Source: an uncultured Candidatus Sumerlaeota bacterium (lineage in GTDB: Bacteria > CAYMEV01). Taken from it: a stretch of 64,000 bases of DNA. A program made the position numbers and the translations under genes. Positions within the stretch are counted from its first letter, which is position 1, and each line of letters begins with the position of its first letter. The notes below the pieces were generated by a model that was not told the origin of the DNA, ran no database searches, and worked only from the letters and a program-made list of their open reading frames with translations. Of this stretch, positions 19,078 through 28,500 are shown piece by piece. The stretch covers positions 1 through 64,000 of the forward strand of contig CAYMEV010000004.1 of assembly GCA_964389675.1 (NCBI GenBank), given 5' to 3'.

Positions 19078-19562
19078 ATAAATACATAGAGCCTCTTTTC
19101 AATAACAGGCTTTCAGCGGAGGAAGCAATATCAATAAAAAACCATATACTCTCCTGTGACCGCTGTTATTCAAAACTCAGCGAGGAATATAAAATAAGCC
19201 TCGAACTTTATGCAATGCCCAGAATAAAAACAGGTATAAGCACTGCAGATATTATGTCTTCACTCAAACAGCATGATTCATTCAATATAATCTCATATAA
19301 TACCCCGCCCAAATCAAGGGTCATAGCATATCTGAAAGTGGCTTTGTATATACTTCTGCTTCTTACCTCGGTCTTTCTTTTGCTTGGAAAAAACAGGGGT
19401 ATCGCCAGCAGCAATAAAAGCCTGCAGACAAAGGCATATATGGAAAGCTATAAGCATCCGAATATTCTCAAGATTGACAATATACAGGTTGTAAATGAAA
19501 TCATGCCATACTACCGGGAATCAAGCCTGGCTAAAAATGCATCATCGGAAGATATTTTTTAA
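19059..19562 (+). CDS. Zinc-binding anti-sigma factor (ZAS) with one transmembrane helix
   Basis: HILSCDRC (HxxxCxxC) and a hydrophobic helix VALYILLLLTSVFLLL; overlaps the sigma gene. Confidence 0.82.
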   Translation: MDCSKIDKYIEPLFNNRLSAEEAISIKNHILSCDRCYSKLSEEYKISLELYAMPRIKTGISTADIMSSLKQHDSFNIISYNTPPKSRVIAYLKVALYILLLLTSVFLLLGKNRGIASSNKSLQTKAYMESYKHPNILKIDNIQVVNEIMPYYRESSLAKNASSEDIF

Positions 19563-19577
19563 GCAGTAATCAGCACA

Positions 19578-20855
19578 CTATCTTTCAAAAAATATCTTCC
19601 TGACTGTGCCGTTTCTTATAATAACCAGCTCGGATGCAATGCCTTTTTCAATATTTTTAAGAAGTTCCCTTAAAGATCTTTCATCCCCCGTTATTATTAT
19701 ATCCATAACCTTTATTATATTGCATAGAACTGCGCCCTCGCTTATTGAAAGGACCAGATAGCCAGGCTCATCAATGTTGTAGGTACTTCTTATCTGGTCA
19801 TTCAGAGATAGCAGTTCCATACCGCTGATCTTAAGCAATTTGTGAGGGCCTGTGCCCTCTTCTCCGAGCAAGATCTGTTTTTTCATCCTCAGATTGTTTC
19901 TTATTATGGTAATCTCATAGGACAGCCCGGAATAAGAGCTGAAATAAATAGCATCATAGAGATCCGTAATGCTTCTACAGTAAAGGCTGTTAACAGCAAG
20001 AATCTGGTCTTCTTCTTTCAGGTCTGCTTTTTCTGCAGGGGAATCTTTCATGATCTCCTTGATAAAGATTCCTCCCTTTTTTTCTGACACTTTTATCCCG
20101 ATCCTTGGCCTGGATCTTATCTGCTCATTAAATTCTCTGCTGTAAATATACTTTGCATAATCAAGGCTGTAGCCAAAGCCGGTAAATACATCATCAAATC
20201 TTTTGACTGACGCGCTCTCATTTTTAATGAGGCCATCGTTCCTTATAAGACCGGCAAAAATACCTATCACATCTCCAGCGGAAGAGATTATAAGTGATCC
20301 GGGCCTGCTGTAGCAGCTTTTTAAATCAAAGGTCAGCAGTGCATCTTTGACTGTTTTTATCCTTGTTACCTGATAAGATACCATATTATCAGATAGTGTC
20401 ATAAGTATACAGCTATCATCAGGTTCAGGGCGATAAATATTATCCAGACGCATAACATTGAATTCTCTGTCAAGGTAGAGCATTGCCAGATCCAGATAGG
20501 GATGCATAAAATGGGATGATACCTCAAAGGTATTGCCATCCTGGTCTTTGATAATTATTCTTTCTGAGCCTTCTGCAATCTCCTTTACAGTGATGACAGC
20601 AGATGAGTTTACAAAAAAACCGCTTGCAATGTGCTTTTTTGTAATTCTGGTCCCGGAGAATTTCAGGTTTTGATTGCGGAAAGTCTTATAGCCTTCTACA
20701 ATTACAAGGTTTTTTTTATACTTTTCAACAATATGCTGATACTGCCCTTCCTGGTAGGCTGAGATAACTGATACGCCATTAATAAAGCAGAAGAGCACTA
20801 CGGCAATACCTGCAACATAAAGTGCTATATTGTGAATTCCCTTAGATACCGGCAT
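19578..20855 (-). CDS. HtrA/DegP-like trypsin-PDZ protein, probably catalytically inactive
   Basis: N-terminal TM/signal, ASGFFV, DLAML, GDVIGI, and PDZ segment RIGIKV...DSPAEKADLKEEDQILAVN. TNAH and GNSGG are absent. Start at ATG 20855 after AGGAG. Confidence 0.72.
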   Translation of the reverse strand: MPVSKGIHNIALYVAGIAVVLFCFINGVSVISAYQEGQYQHIVEKYKKNLVIVEGYKTFRNQNLKFSGTRITKKHIASGFFVNSSAVITVKEIAEGSERIIIKDQDGNTFEVSSHFMHPYLDLAMLYLDREFNVMRLDNIYRPEPDDSCILMTLSDNMVSYQVTRIKTVKDALLTFDLKSCYSRPGSLIISSAGDVIGIFAGLIRNDGLIKNESASVKRFDDVFTGFGYSLDYAKYIYSREFNEQIRSRPRIGIKVSEKKGGIFIKEIMKDSPAEKADLKEEDQILAVNSLYCRSITDLYDAIYFSSYSGLSYEITIIRNNLRMKKQILLGEEGTGPHKLLKISGMELLSLNDQIRSTYNIDEPGYLVLSISEGAVLCNIIKVMDIIITGDERSLRELLKNIEKGIASELVIIRNGTVRKIFFER

Positions 20856-20935
20856 ATATAAAATTCTCCTGCTTATTATAAAACAATAAATCATGTAAAC
20901 TGTTCCGTATTGTTTTGATGCCTGGAAAAATGTTA

Positions 20936-20965
20936 TTGACAAATCCTTTCACTTAGTAGCATAAT
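20936..20965 (+). promoter_or_regulatory. Putative sigma70 promoter
   Basis: TTGACA-18 nt-CATAAT upstream of the CDS at 21000. Confidence 0.5.
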
Positions 20966-20999
20966 TAAAAGACATAAATACACATTTTCAGGGAAGAAG

Positions 21000-21935
21000 A
21001 TGAGAGTTCTTATAACCGGCGCGGAAGGATTTGTAGGTCAGCACATCTTTACTGCTCTCACTGAAAGCAGTTTTGATGTCTGCGGCTGCTATTATCAAGG
21101 CAGGGGAGCTGAATCTTTCATTGAAAGATACAGAGATAAGCTTGATTTTCTTGATATTAAAAATAAAGATAAAACTGAAGAATTTATAAAATCAGCATGC
21201 CCTGATGCAGTTGTGCACCTTGCGGCCGTTTCTTTTGTTCCGGAAGGCGGGAAAGACCCATATAATATTATAATGACAAATATTTACGGCACCCAGAATA
21301 TTATCTCAGGAATACAATCCCTTGATAAGGACTGCCATATCATATTTGCATCATCAGGAGAGGTCTATGGAAGCCCTGAAAAGGGGGCAGTTATAACAGA
21401 AAAATCTGAATTAAAGCCAAAAAGCCTGTATGCAATTACCAAGCTTACAGGAGAATATCTATGCCTTAATTCAGATATTCCAGCTGTTATTTTCAGGCTG
21501 TTCAACCATACAGGCATAGGGCAGAGGACTGATTTTGTAATTCCAAGTTTTGCCAGGCAGATTGCGGAGATTGAAGCGCGGGGGCAAAGTGAGCTTAAAG
21601 TCGGTAATCTTGATTCATATAAAGATTTCCTTGATATAAGGGATGTTGTGGATGCATATGTAAAAGCAGTAAAAAATCCTGCAGCAGGTGTATATAATAT
21701 CTGCTCCAGCAGGACATACAGGCTTTTTGACATAGTCCAGGGCATGATCCGGCATTCAGGAAAGGACATAAAAATTACAGTTGACCCGGAAAGGTACAGA
21801 AAGAGTAAAGGAGGGGATTTTATGGCTGTAAATGAAAAATTCAGCTCTGTTTATAATTGGCATCCCAAGATTAAAATTGATTGTACATATAAAAATTTGA
21901 TTAATTATTTTCGTAGTAAGGAGGACATAGCATAA
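21000..21935 (+). CDS. NAD(P)-dependent nucleotide-sugar reductase/dehydratase (Rmd/Gmd-like extended SDR)
   Basis: GAEGFVG, HLAAVS, SSGEVYG, YAITK, FNHTG, VGNLDSYKDFLD. Confidence 0.85.
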   Translation: MRVLITGAEGFVGQHIFTALTESSFDVCGCYYQGRGAESFIERYRDKLDFLDIKNKDKTEEFIKSACPDAVVHLAAVSFVPEGGKDPYNIIMTNIYGTQNIISGIQSLDKDCHIIFASSGEVYGSPEKGAVITEKSELKPKSLYAITKLTGEYLCLNSDIPAVIFRLFNHTGIGQRTDFVIPSFARQIAEIEARGQSELKVGNLDSYKDFLDIRDVVDAYVKAVKNPAAGVYNICSSRTYRLFDIVQGMIRHSGKDIKITVDPERYRKSKGGDFMAVNEKFSSVYNWHPKIKIDCTYKNLINYFRSKEDIA

Positions 21936-22315
21936 TGCCCTACAATATCCTGGCAGTAGATGATAACGATGACATACTGAATCTGATAGAAGGTCTCCTG
22001 ATTGATGAGAAGCAGTTTAATATCATTAAAGCGACATCAGGTCAGAAAGCACTTGAAATCCTTGAAAAAACACCTGTTGATATTGTAATCCTGGACCTGA
22101 TGATGCCCGAGATGGACGGTATGGAAGTACTGAATATCATCAGGAATAATCCCAAGACAAAGGACCTGAAAGTAATCATACTGACTGCAAAAGACAGTAT
22201 TACTGATTTCTCCGAAAGTCTTGAGAAAGGGGTTTCACTCTATCTGAACAAGCCATTCAGCTATGAGAAGCTTAAATATAGCCTGGATGCAGTATTAGAA
22301 AAAAAGCTGGACTAG
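21935..22315 (+). CDS. Single-domain response regulator
   Basis: AVDD, LDLMMPEMDG, LTAK, KPF. Confidence 0.93.
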   Translation: MPYNILAVDDNDDILNLIEGLLIDEKQFNIIKATSGQKALEILEKTPVDIVILDLMMPEMDGMEVLNIIRNNPKTKDLKVIILTAKDSITDFSESLEKGVSLYLNKPFSYEKLKYSLDAVLEKKLD

Positions 22316-22791
22316 TTATCCCTTAAGGTTTTCAGCAGGGTTTCTGAGTCATACAGATATTCAAAAGCAAAACTATAATTTCTTTTTTTTGCAAAAATTT
22401 TCATGGTTTTAAGCCTTTTCCCAAAAGTAAGTTTTGGAATTGGCTGAAGATATATCCTGAATTTTATCTCCTTTGTATTTATTTCCTCTTTTTTCCCCAG
22501 AAATCTTATGATAATGCATCCGGGGCATCTGTATAATTTTGTAAGCAGGGTAATAACAAATATCAGGATCGCTTTCAGTGAAATGTAAAGGATAATAAAG
22601 GCGAACATTACTGCAAAAATGAATATATAGTATGAATTTATGGGCATTCTGAAGTATTCAAGATAGAATGATATTGCCTCCAGGCCTGAACTCATGAGAT
22701 GAATGATTAAAACTATATCAAAGAGCAGTATCATTATATATGACAATATCTCAATTATCAGCCTGCTTTTCTCAAAGTTTAACTGGTCCAT
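22312..22791 (-). CDS. Hypothetical membrane protein
   Basis: 159-aa ORF with two long hydrophobic segments and AGGAG upstream. Confidence 0.6.
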   Translation of the reverse strand: MDQLNFEKSRLIIEILSYIMILLFDIVLIIHLMSSGLEAISFYLEYFRMPINSYYIFIFAVMFAFIILYISLKAILIFVITLLTKLYRCPGCIIIRFLGKKEEINTKEIKFRIYLQPIPKLTFGKRLKTMKIFAKKRNYSFAFEYLYDSETLLKTLRDN

Positions 22792-22879
22792 GGATTAAGC
22801 TCCTTATTATAATAATAGCAGAAAATCATATTTTTTAAATACTTATTCTTAAGGATGATAATAAATCTCAATCAACATG

Positions 22880-22908
22880 TTGACACTTTTTGATCTTGCT
22901 GGTATAAT
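22880..22908 (+). promoter_or_regulatory. Consensus sigma70 promoter
   Basis: TTGACA (22880-85), 17 nt spacer, TATAAT (22903-08), with a TGn extended -10. Confidence 0.85.
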
Positions 22909-22945
22909 GAAAAGTACATAAGCAGTATGGCAGAAAAGGAAGAAT

Positions 22946-23434
22946 ATGATAATTGTATGCCCCAGATGCGGCCTTAAGGGTAATTCAAGCATTGACACAA
23001 GCACTGTTAAAAAGCTTAAGTGCAAGAAATGCGGTCATATTTTTTCATTAAGCCATGACTCCGGTGAACCTGTACAGCCCCTGCCTGACACCCCTGCAAT
23101 AATAAGGACACAGGATCCTGATAGAGACATACCCTCCAGTATGGGCGCACATATACTTACTGTTTTAAGCGGTGTCCAGCTTGGGAAAAAGTTCAGGCTT
23201 ACGAAATTCCAGAATATAATCGGCAGGAGGAATGCTGATATCACACTGAATGATCCAATGATATCGAGACAGCATGCTATACTGGAGATCTTTGATACAA
23301 AGGTGCTTTTAAAGGACCTGGGCAGTGCAAACGGCATATATTACAATGGAAAAAGGATAAAAATTGTAATTCTGAACAATGGAGACAAAATACAGCTTGG
23401 TGAAACCATACTCCAGTATACTTCAAATCAATAA
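22946..23434 (+). CDS. Zinc-ribbon plus FHA domain protein
   Basis: CPRC...CKKC at the N-terminus; FHA motifs IGR, ISRQHA, DLGSANG. Confidence 0.9.
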   Translation: MIIVCPRCGLKGNSSIDTSTVKKLKCKKCGHIFSLSHDSGEPVQPLPDTPAIIRTQDPDRDIPSSMGAHILTVLSGVQLGKKFRLTKFQNIIGRRNADITLNDPMISRQHAILEIFDTKVLLKDLGSANGIYYNGKRIKIVILNNGDKIQLGETILQYTSNQ

Positions 23435-23498
23435 AAAATGCTTGACTAAATCCCTCAAATATTAATGATTAAATGATAAGTTATTGAGGTGGCTTTTT

Positions 23499-23873
23499 AT
23501 GTATTTAAAGTTTTTAAGAGTAAAATTGCACAGGGCAGTCATTACTGAGTCAAATCTTCTTTATGAAGGCAGCCTGACAATTCCGAAGGATATACTGTCA
23601 AAATCAGGTTTAAAACCCTTTGAAGCAATAGATGTATACAATATTAATAATGGCAGCAGGTTCTCAACATATGTTATAGAAGGCGATAAAAAAAAGGAAT
23701 TCTGCGCAAATGGTGCAGCTGCAAGAATGGTCCAGCCAGGCGACAGGGTAATCATAGCTTCATTTCAGTATATAGAGCCTGATTCTAAAGAGGATACAAA
23801 AATCAATATATTCAGCTTCGATGAAAACAATAATATAGCAAATATCCAGGAAAAGAAAGTATTTGATGATTAG
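23499..23873 (+). CDS. panD: Aspartate 1-decarboxylase
   Basis: KLHRA, YEGSLTI (GS cleavage site), NGSRFSTY, NGAAAR. Start at ATG 23499. Confidence 0.96.
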   Translation: MYLKFLRVKLHRAVITESNLLYEGSLTIPKDILSKSGLKPFEAIDVYNINNGSRFSTYVIEGDKKKEFCANGAAARMVQPGDRVIIASFQYIEPDSKEDTKINIFSFDENNNIANIQEKKVFDD

Positions 23874-24771
23874 AGAGATCTCAAAAGAGATAGAAATCCT
23901 TAAAAAAGAGAAAAATGCCATAATACTGGCACATAATTACCAGCCTTCCGATATACAGGAAATCGCGGATTTTACCGGAGACAGTTTTGAGCTTGCAAAA
24001 ATCGCAAAAAATACTAAAGCTGACACTATTGTATTTTGCGGCGTATCCTTCATGGCAGAGAGCGCATTTATACTTAATCCTGATAAGACAGTCCTTCTTC
24101 CTGATACTGATGCCGGATGCGGGCTTGCAGATATGATAGATGCAGAATCCCTTAAGGATTTCAAGGAAAAACACCATGCACCTGCGGTAACATATATCAA
24201 TTCATCAGCCAGAACCAAGGCAGTATCAGATATAACATGCACCTCATCAAACTGTTTAAAAATAATTGAAAAAGCAGATAATGACACTGTAATCGTTTCC
24301 CCTGATAAAAACCTTGCCTATTATATTCAGAAGAATACCCGCAAGAAGATCATTCCCTGGCCCGGGCATTGCTATGTCCATAACACCCTGACACAGAATG
24401 CTGTACTGAAAGAGAAAGAACAGCACCCTGATGCGCTGATTCTAGCACACCCGGAGTGCAGAAAAGAAGTACAGGATATTTCAGACCATATCTTTTCAAC
24501 ATCGCAGATGATAAATTTTGCAAAAGCCTATAGAGGCAAAGAGCTCATAATATGTACAGAAAGGGGTATCCTCCACCCTCTGAAAAAGATAAACAGCCAC
24601 ATCAGCTATATATTTCCCGACCAGGGCCTTTTATGTTATGAAATGAAGCTTATAAGCCTTCAAAAGGTGAGAGATGCCCTGAAATATAATCAATTCATAA
24701 TCTCAGTTCCTGAAGATATAAGAAAAAAGGCAATGAGATCGCTTGAAAGGATGCTTGAATACGGTAAGTAA
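23866..24771 (+). CDS. nadA: Quinolinate synthase A
   Basis: LAHNYQ, GDS, FCGVSFMAE, AHPEC and three cluster cysteines. Confidence 0.96.
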   Translation: MIREISKEIEILKKEKNAIILAHNYQPSDIQEIADFTGDSFELAKIAKNTKADTIVFCGVSFMAESAFILNPDKTVLLPDTDAGCGLADMIDAESLKDFKEKHHAPAVTYINSSARTKAVSDITCTSSNCLKIIEKADNDTVIVSPDKNLAYYIQKNTRKKIIPWPGHCYVHNTLTQNAVLKEKEQHPDALILAHPECRKEVQDISDHIFSTSQMINFAKAYRGKELIICTERGILHPLKKINSHISYIFPDQGLLCYEMKLISLQKVRDALKYNQFIISVPEDIRKKAMRSLERMLEYGK

Positions 24772-24777
24772 ACCTAA

Positions 24778-25194
24778 ATGAAGGAATATATAAAATTCGG
24801 CTTTATTTCCTATGTGCCAAATCTCAACTTTATAGACGATATCTTTGAGAGCGTCGGCAAAATCTACAGCATTCCTGAAAATAAGCTTTATGACATTATA
24901 CTGGGAACACGGGAAGCTGCGGTAAACAGTATAAAACACGGTTATAAGGCCTGCAGCGGAATGGTTGATATAATCCTGGAAATAAGCTTCAATGATAGAA
25001 GATTTATGGAAATTACTATTGTGGATCATGGAACAGGTTTTAACCCTGAAAGGATACCAGATCCTCTCGACAAGAAGAACCTTTTGAAACCGTCAGGACG
25101 GGGCATACTCCTGATAAAGCACCTTAGCGACCATTGCTCCATTGAGAGCAGTCCTGCTTCAGGAACAAAGGTAAATTTTCGAAAATATTTATAA
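24778..25194 (+). CDS. RsbW/SpoIIAB-like anti-sigma factor kinase
   Basis: EAAVNSIKHG, DHGTGF, SGRGILLI. Confidence 0.9.
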   Translation: MKEYIKFGFISYVPNLNFIDDIFESVGKIYSIPENKLYDIILGTREAAVNSIKHGYKACSGMVDIILEISFNDRRFMEITIVDHGTGFNPERIPDPLDKKNLLKPSGRGILLIKHLSDHCSIESSPASGTKVNFRKYL

Positions 25195-25211
25195 AATACC
25201 CAAAGGAGAGT

Positions 25212-25559
25212 ATGATGCTAAAAATTTCCAACAGGATCGATAAGGAAAAGAATGTTTCAATACTGTACCTGGATGGTCACATTGAAACAAACTCCTTTCA
25301 AATATTTGAACAGGAGCTCAATAGCCTGTTAAAGCAGCAATTTTTCAGGATTGTCATCAACTGCTCTGGGCTAAAGTATATAAACAGCGCAGGATTAGGG
25401 GTAATTGTAGGGCTGATAGAGGAGATCCGGGATAAAAATGGCGATATCAAGTTCTGCTGCATGAATGAAAATGTAAATAAGATATTCGATTTAGTCGGGT
25501 TTAACCAGTGTTTTAAGATTTTTGACAAGGAAAACCAGGCCCTAAATGCATTCGAATAA
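25212..25559 (+). CDS. STAS-domain anti-sigma factor antagonist
   Basis: LKYINSAGLG with the phosphorylatable Ser; IFDLVGF. Confidence 0.92.
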   Translation: MMLKISNRIDKEKNVSILYLDGHIETNSFQIFEQELNSLLKQQFFRIVINCSGLKYINSAGLGVIVGLIEEIRDKNGDIKFCCMNENVNKIFDLVGFNQCFKIFDKENQALNAFE

Positions 25560-25989
25560 AGCCAGCGACATAGACAGCAGAAACTGCTTTTATATCAAAA
25601 TACCTACAGACAAAAAATTCATACCTGTTTTGCTGACTGTTACGGAAAATTATGCAGAACAGGCATTTTTTGATAAAAATGATATACATAACATAGTACT
25701 TAGCGTTGATGAGGCAGCTGCAAATATTATAAAGCATTCATACAAGAATAAGTCCGGCTTTATAACAGGCGAATTCACATTCCTGGAGAACACGCTGAGA
25801 ATCGCCTTAATACACCAGGGTTCTCCCTTTGACCTTTCAAAGTATTCAGAACCTGATATAAAAAAATACATAAAGGAAAGGAAAAAGGGCGGATTCGGGA
25901 TATACCTTATGAAAAACCTTATGGATAATATCCTCTATACATCCAAGAATGGAATACACAAAATAATCCTTGTTAAAGAGAAAAGATGA
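25546..25989 (+). CDS. Second RsbW-like anti-sigma factor kinase
   Basis: DEAAANIIKHSY and GGFGIYLM. The usual DxG reads HQG. Confidence 0.88.
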   Translation: MHSNKASDIDSRNCFYIKIPTDKKFIPVLLTVTENYAEQAFFDKNDIHNIVLSVDEAAANIIKHSYKNKSGFITGEFTFLENTLRIALIHQGSPFDLSKYSEPDIKKYIKERKKGGFGIYLMKNLMDNILYTSKNGIHKIILVKEKR

Positions 25990-27701
25990 TCGATTTTATA
26001 AATATCCCAAAAAAGGATCAGGAGCAGTTAATCTTTGATCTTTTTTCAATAATAGATTTTACTAAATCAATAAATGGCGGCAGCTATTTTAAGAACCTGC
26101 ACGTTATTGTCCTCAATATAATGGGTGAATTTGCAGCAACAAAGGGTTTTATCGCCGTCAAAGAAAAAGACTCCTTTAAAACCATGTCACATAAGGGCAG
26201 GATCGACACTGAAAGCGTTGACAGGTTTATAAATGAAAAAAGGTATGAAAGCGAGATAACAGCATTAATAGATGACAGATTAAATGATATAGGGATCAGG
26301 CTTCTTATACCCGTTAAAAGAGAAGATACTATTGCTTATATCGGGCTTGCAGGGGATCTCGTTCTTGATATCTACGAAAGGAAAAAGGACTTTTATCTGA
26401 AGGCTTTCATTAATATAGCTTCTCTTGTCATTGACAATGAGCTTCTCTACAAAGAGCAGACAGACCTGAACAAACTGCTTGAGCAAAAGATCTATCAGCT
26501 TAAAACAATCTTCGATATATCAGCTGAACTCAATATGCAGCTTGAAGAGTCACAGATACTGGATATTACGCTTCATACGATATTGGGGCACTTTCTTATA
26601 AGCAAGGCAATTATTTATACATATATAGATGAGAACAATGCCGATATTATAGTAAAAGGAATAAAGCACAAAAACGAAATTATCCCATCATTCTACAGCA
26701 AGCCATATATTGATTATCTGAGAAAGAATGACTTTATAAACCTGGATGAAACCGATAATGACTTTATGCTGCCTATCAGGGAGCATAAGCTGTATTATCT
26801 TTTCCCCCTGAGGTACAAGGACAGGCTGATCGGTGCAGTACTCCTTGGAAAAAAGATGGGCCTTTACAGCCTGAACCAGCAGGATGTAGAATTTTTGAAG
26901 ACCCTGCTGACACAGGCTCTGGTTGAACTGCTTAATATAAGGCTATTCAAAGAGTATACAGAAAAAATGGTAATGGAAAGAGAGATATCCATTGCCAAGG
27001 GAATACAGGAGAGGCTGCTTCCAAAATCCACGCCGGAAATTCCGGGATACTCTGTAGATACCATGATAATGCAGTGTAATGAGCTCGGGGGTGACTTCTA
27101 CAATATATACAGGATGGATGATAATAAATATGTTTTCCTTGTAGGAGACGTATCAGGAAAAGGAATTCCGGCAGCGCTGATTATGTCCAATATTCAGGCA
27201 CTGGTTCAGGCTATTTTCTCTGAAAGGATTGACCTGAACATCGGTATGCAGAAAATAAACAGGCTCCTTTTTGAAAGCACTGAACAGAACAGGTATGCTA
27301 CACTGATTTTCATGATTCTTGACCTGGAGAACAATACAATCCATTATACCAATGCAGGCCACAATCAGCCGTTTCTCTGCAAATCCAACGGCAATATCCT
27401 GTATCTTGACAAAGGAGGCATACCTATTGGTATCTTTCCAAAAGCAGTCTATGAAACTGAGATACTTAATTTTGAAACAGGTGATATTGTGGTATTATAT
27501 TCAGATGGCATAACAGAAGCACAAAATCCAAATGATGCTGAATTCGGCCAGTATAATTTGGAAAAGACAATCAAGGAAAGCATTGACCTGAGCCCCGAAG
27601 AGATCAAGACAAATCTCATTTCTGCCCTGGATAATTTTAAGATGGGACATAAGCAGAACGATGATATTACACTTTGCATTATAAAAAGGACAGATTCATA
27701 A
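25986..27701 (+). CDS. RsbU/SpoIIE-like PP2C phosphatase with N-terminal GAF-like domains
   Basis: GGDFY, GDVSGKG, NAGH, YSDGITEA, DDIT. Confidence 0.93.
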   Translation: MIDFINIPKKDQEQLIFDLFSIIDFTKSINGGSYFKNLHVIVLNIMGEFAATKGFIAVKEKDSFKTMSHKGRIDTESVDRFINEKRYESEITALIDDRLNDIGIRLLIPVKREDTIAYIGLAGDLVLDIYERKKDFYLKAFINIASLVIDNELLYKEQTDLNKLLEQKIYQLKTIFDISAELNMQLEESQILDITLHTILGHFLISKAIIYTYIDENNADIIVKGIKHKNEIIPSFYSKPYIDYLRKNDFINLDETDNDFMLPIREHKLYYLFPLRYKDRLIGAVLLGKKMGLYSLNQQDVEFLKTLLTQALVELLNIRLFKEYTEKMVMEREISIAKGIQERLLPKSTPEIPGYSVDTMIMQCNELGGDFYNIYRMDDNKYVFLVGDVSGKGIPAALIMSNIQALVQAIFSERIDLNIGMQKINRLLFESTEQNRYATLIFMILDLENNTIHYTNAGHNQPFLCKSNGNILYLDKGGIPIGIFPKAVYETEILNFETGDIVVLYSDGITEAQNPNDAEFGQYNLEKTIKESIDLSPEEIKTNLISALDNFKMGHKQNDDITLCIIKRTDS

Positions 27702-28499
27702 ATGGAAAGAAAAAACACTAAGGTTGTAATCCTGTGCGGAGGCCTTGGCGCAAGAATGAAAGAAGAGACTGAATTCAGGCCCAAACCTCTGGTAAATGTT
27801 GGAAATAAGCCAATATTGTGGCATATTATGAAGCTTTTTTCATTCTACGGCTACCGTGATTTCATTCTATGCCTGGGCTACAAAGGGGATCTCATAAAGG
27901 AATATTTCCTGAAATTCAGGGCCTTAAACAATGATTTTACCATCAATCTGAGTGACAGGTCAAATATTACCTTCTATGATGAAGAAAAGGATTATGACTG
28001 GAATATCACTCTAGCAAGCACTGGAATTGAAACTCCGACAGGGGGACGTATAAAGCTGGCAGAGAAGCATATCTCAACTGAAACATTTTTTGTTACATAT
28101 GGAGATGGACTATCTGACCTTAACCTGCAAAAACTGCTGAAAACCCATGAAGAATCCGGTAAAATCGCTACAATGACAGGAGTCCATCCCATATCAAGAT
28201 ATGGAGTAATTGACCACAGGAATGGCCTGATAAAATCCTTTCAGGAAAAACCCCTTCTGGATGGCTATATCAATGGAGGATTCTTTTTATTCAACAAAGG
28301 GGTATTTAATTATCTTGAGAAAGAATCAGTATTGGAGACAGATACTGTTGCAAAACTGATAAAAGACGACCAGATAGCTTTTTTTAAGCATGATGGCTTC
28401 TGGCGGTCCATCGATACATTCAAAGATGCCCAGACCCTCAATAACATGTATCGCAACAGGGTAAGGCCATGGATGATCTGGAAACAGCGGGGTATTTGA
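27702..28499 (+). CDS. rfbF: Glucose-1-phosphate cytidylyltransferase
   Basis: ILCGGLGARM, RPKPL, LGYKG, TGGRIK, TYGDG, INGGFF, GFW. Confidence 0.92.
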   Translation: MERKNTKVVILCGGLGARMKEETEFRPKPLVNVGNKPILWHIMKLFSFYGYRDFILCLGYKGDLIKEYFLKFRALNNDFTINLSDRSNITFYDEEKDYDWNITLASTGIETPTGGRIKLAEKHISTETFFVTYGDGLSDLNLQKLLKTHEESGKIATMTGVHPISRYGVIDHRNGLIKSFQEKPLLDGYINGGFFLFNKGVFNYLEKESVLETDTVAKLIKDDQIAFFKHDGFWRSIDTFKDAQTLNNMYRNRVRPWMIWKQRGI

Positions 28500-28500
28500 A

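Noticed and set aside
6119-24771. panD separated from panBC
   Set aside because: Split pantothenate genes are common.
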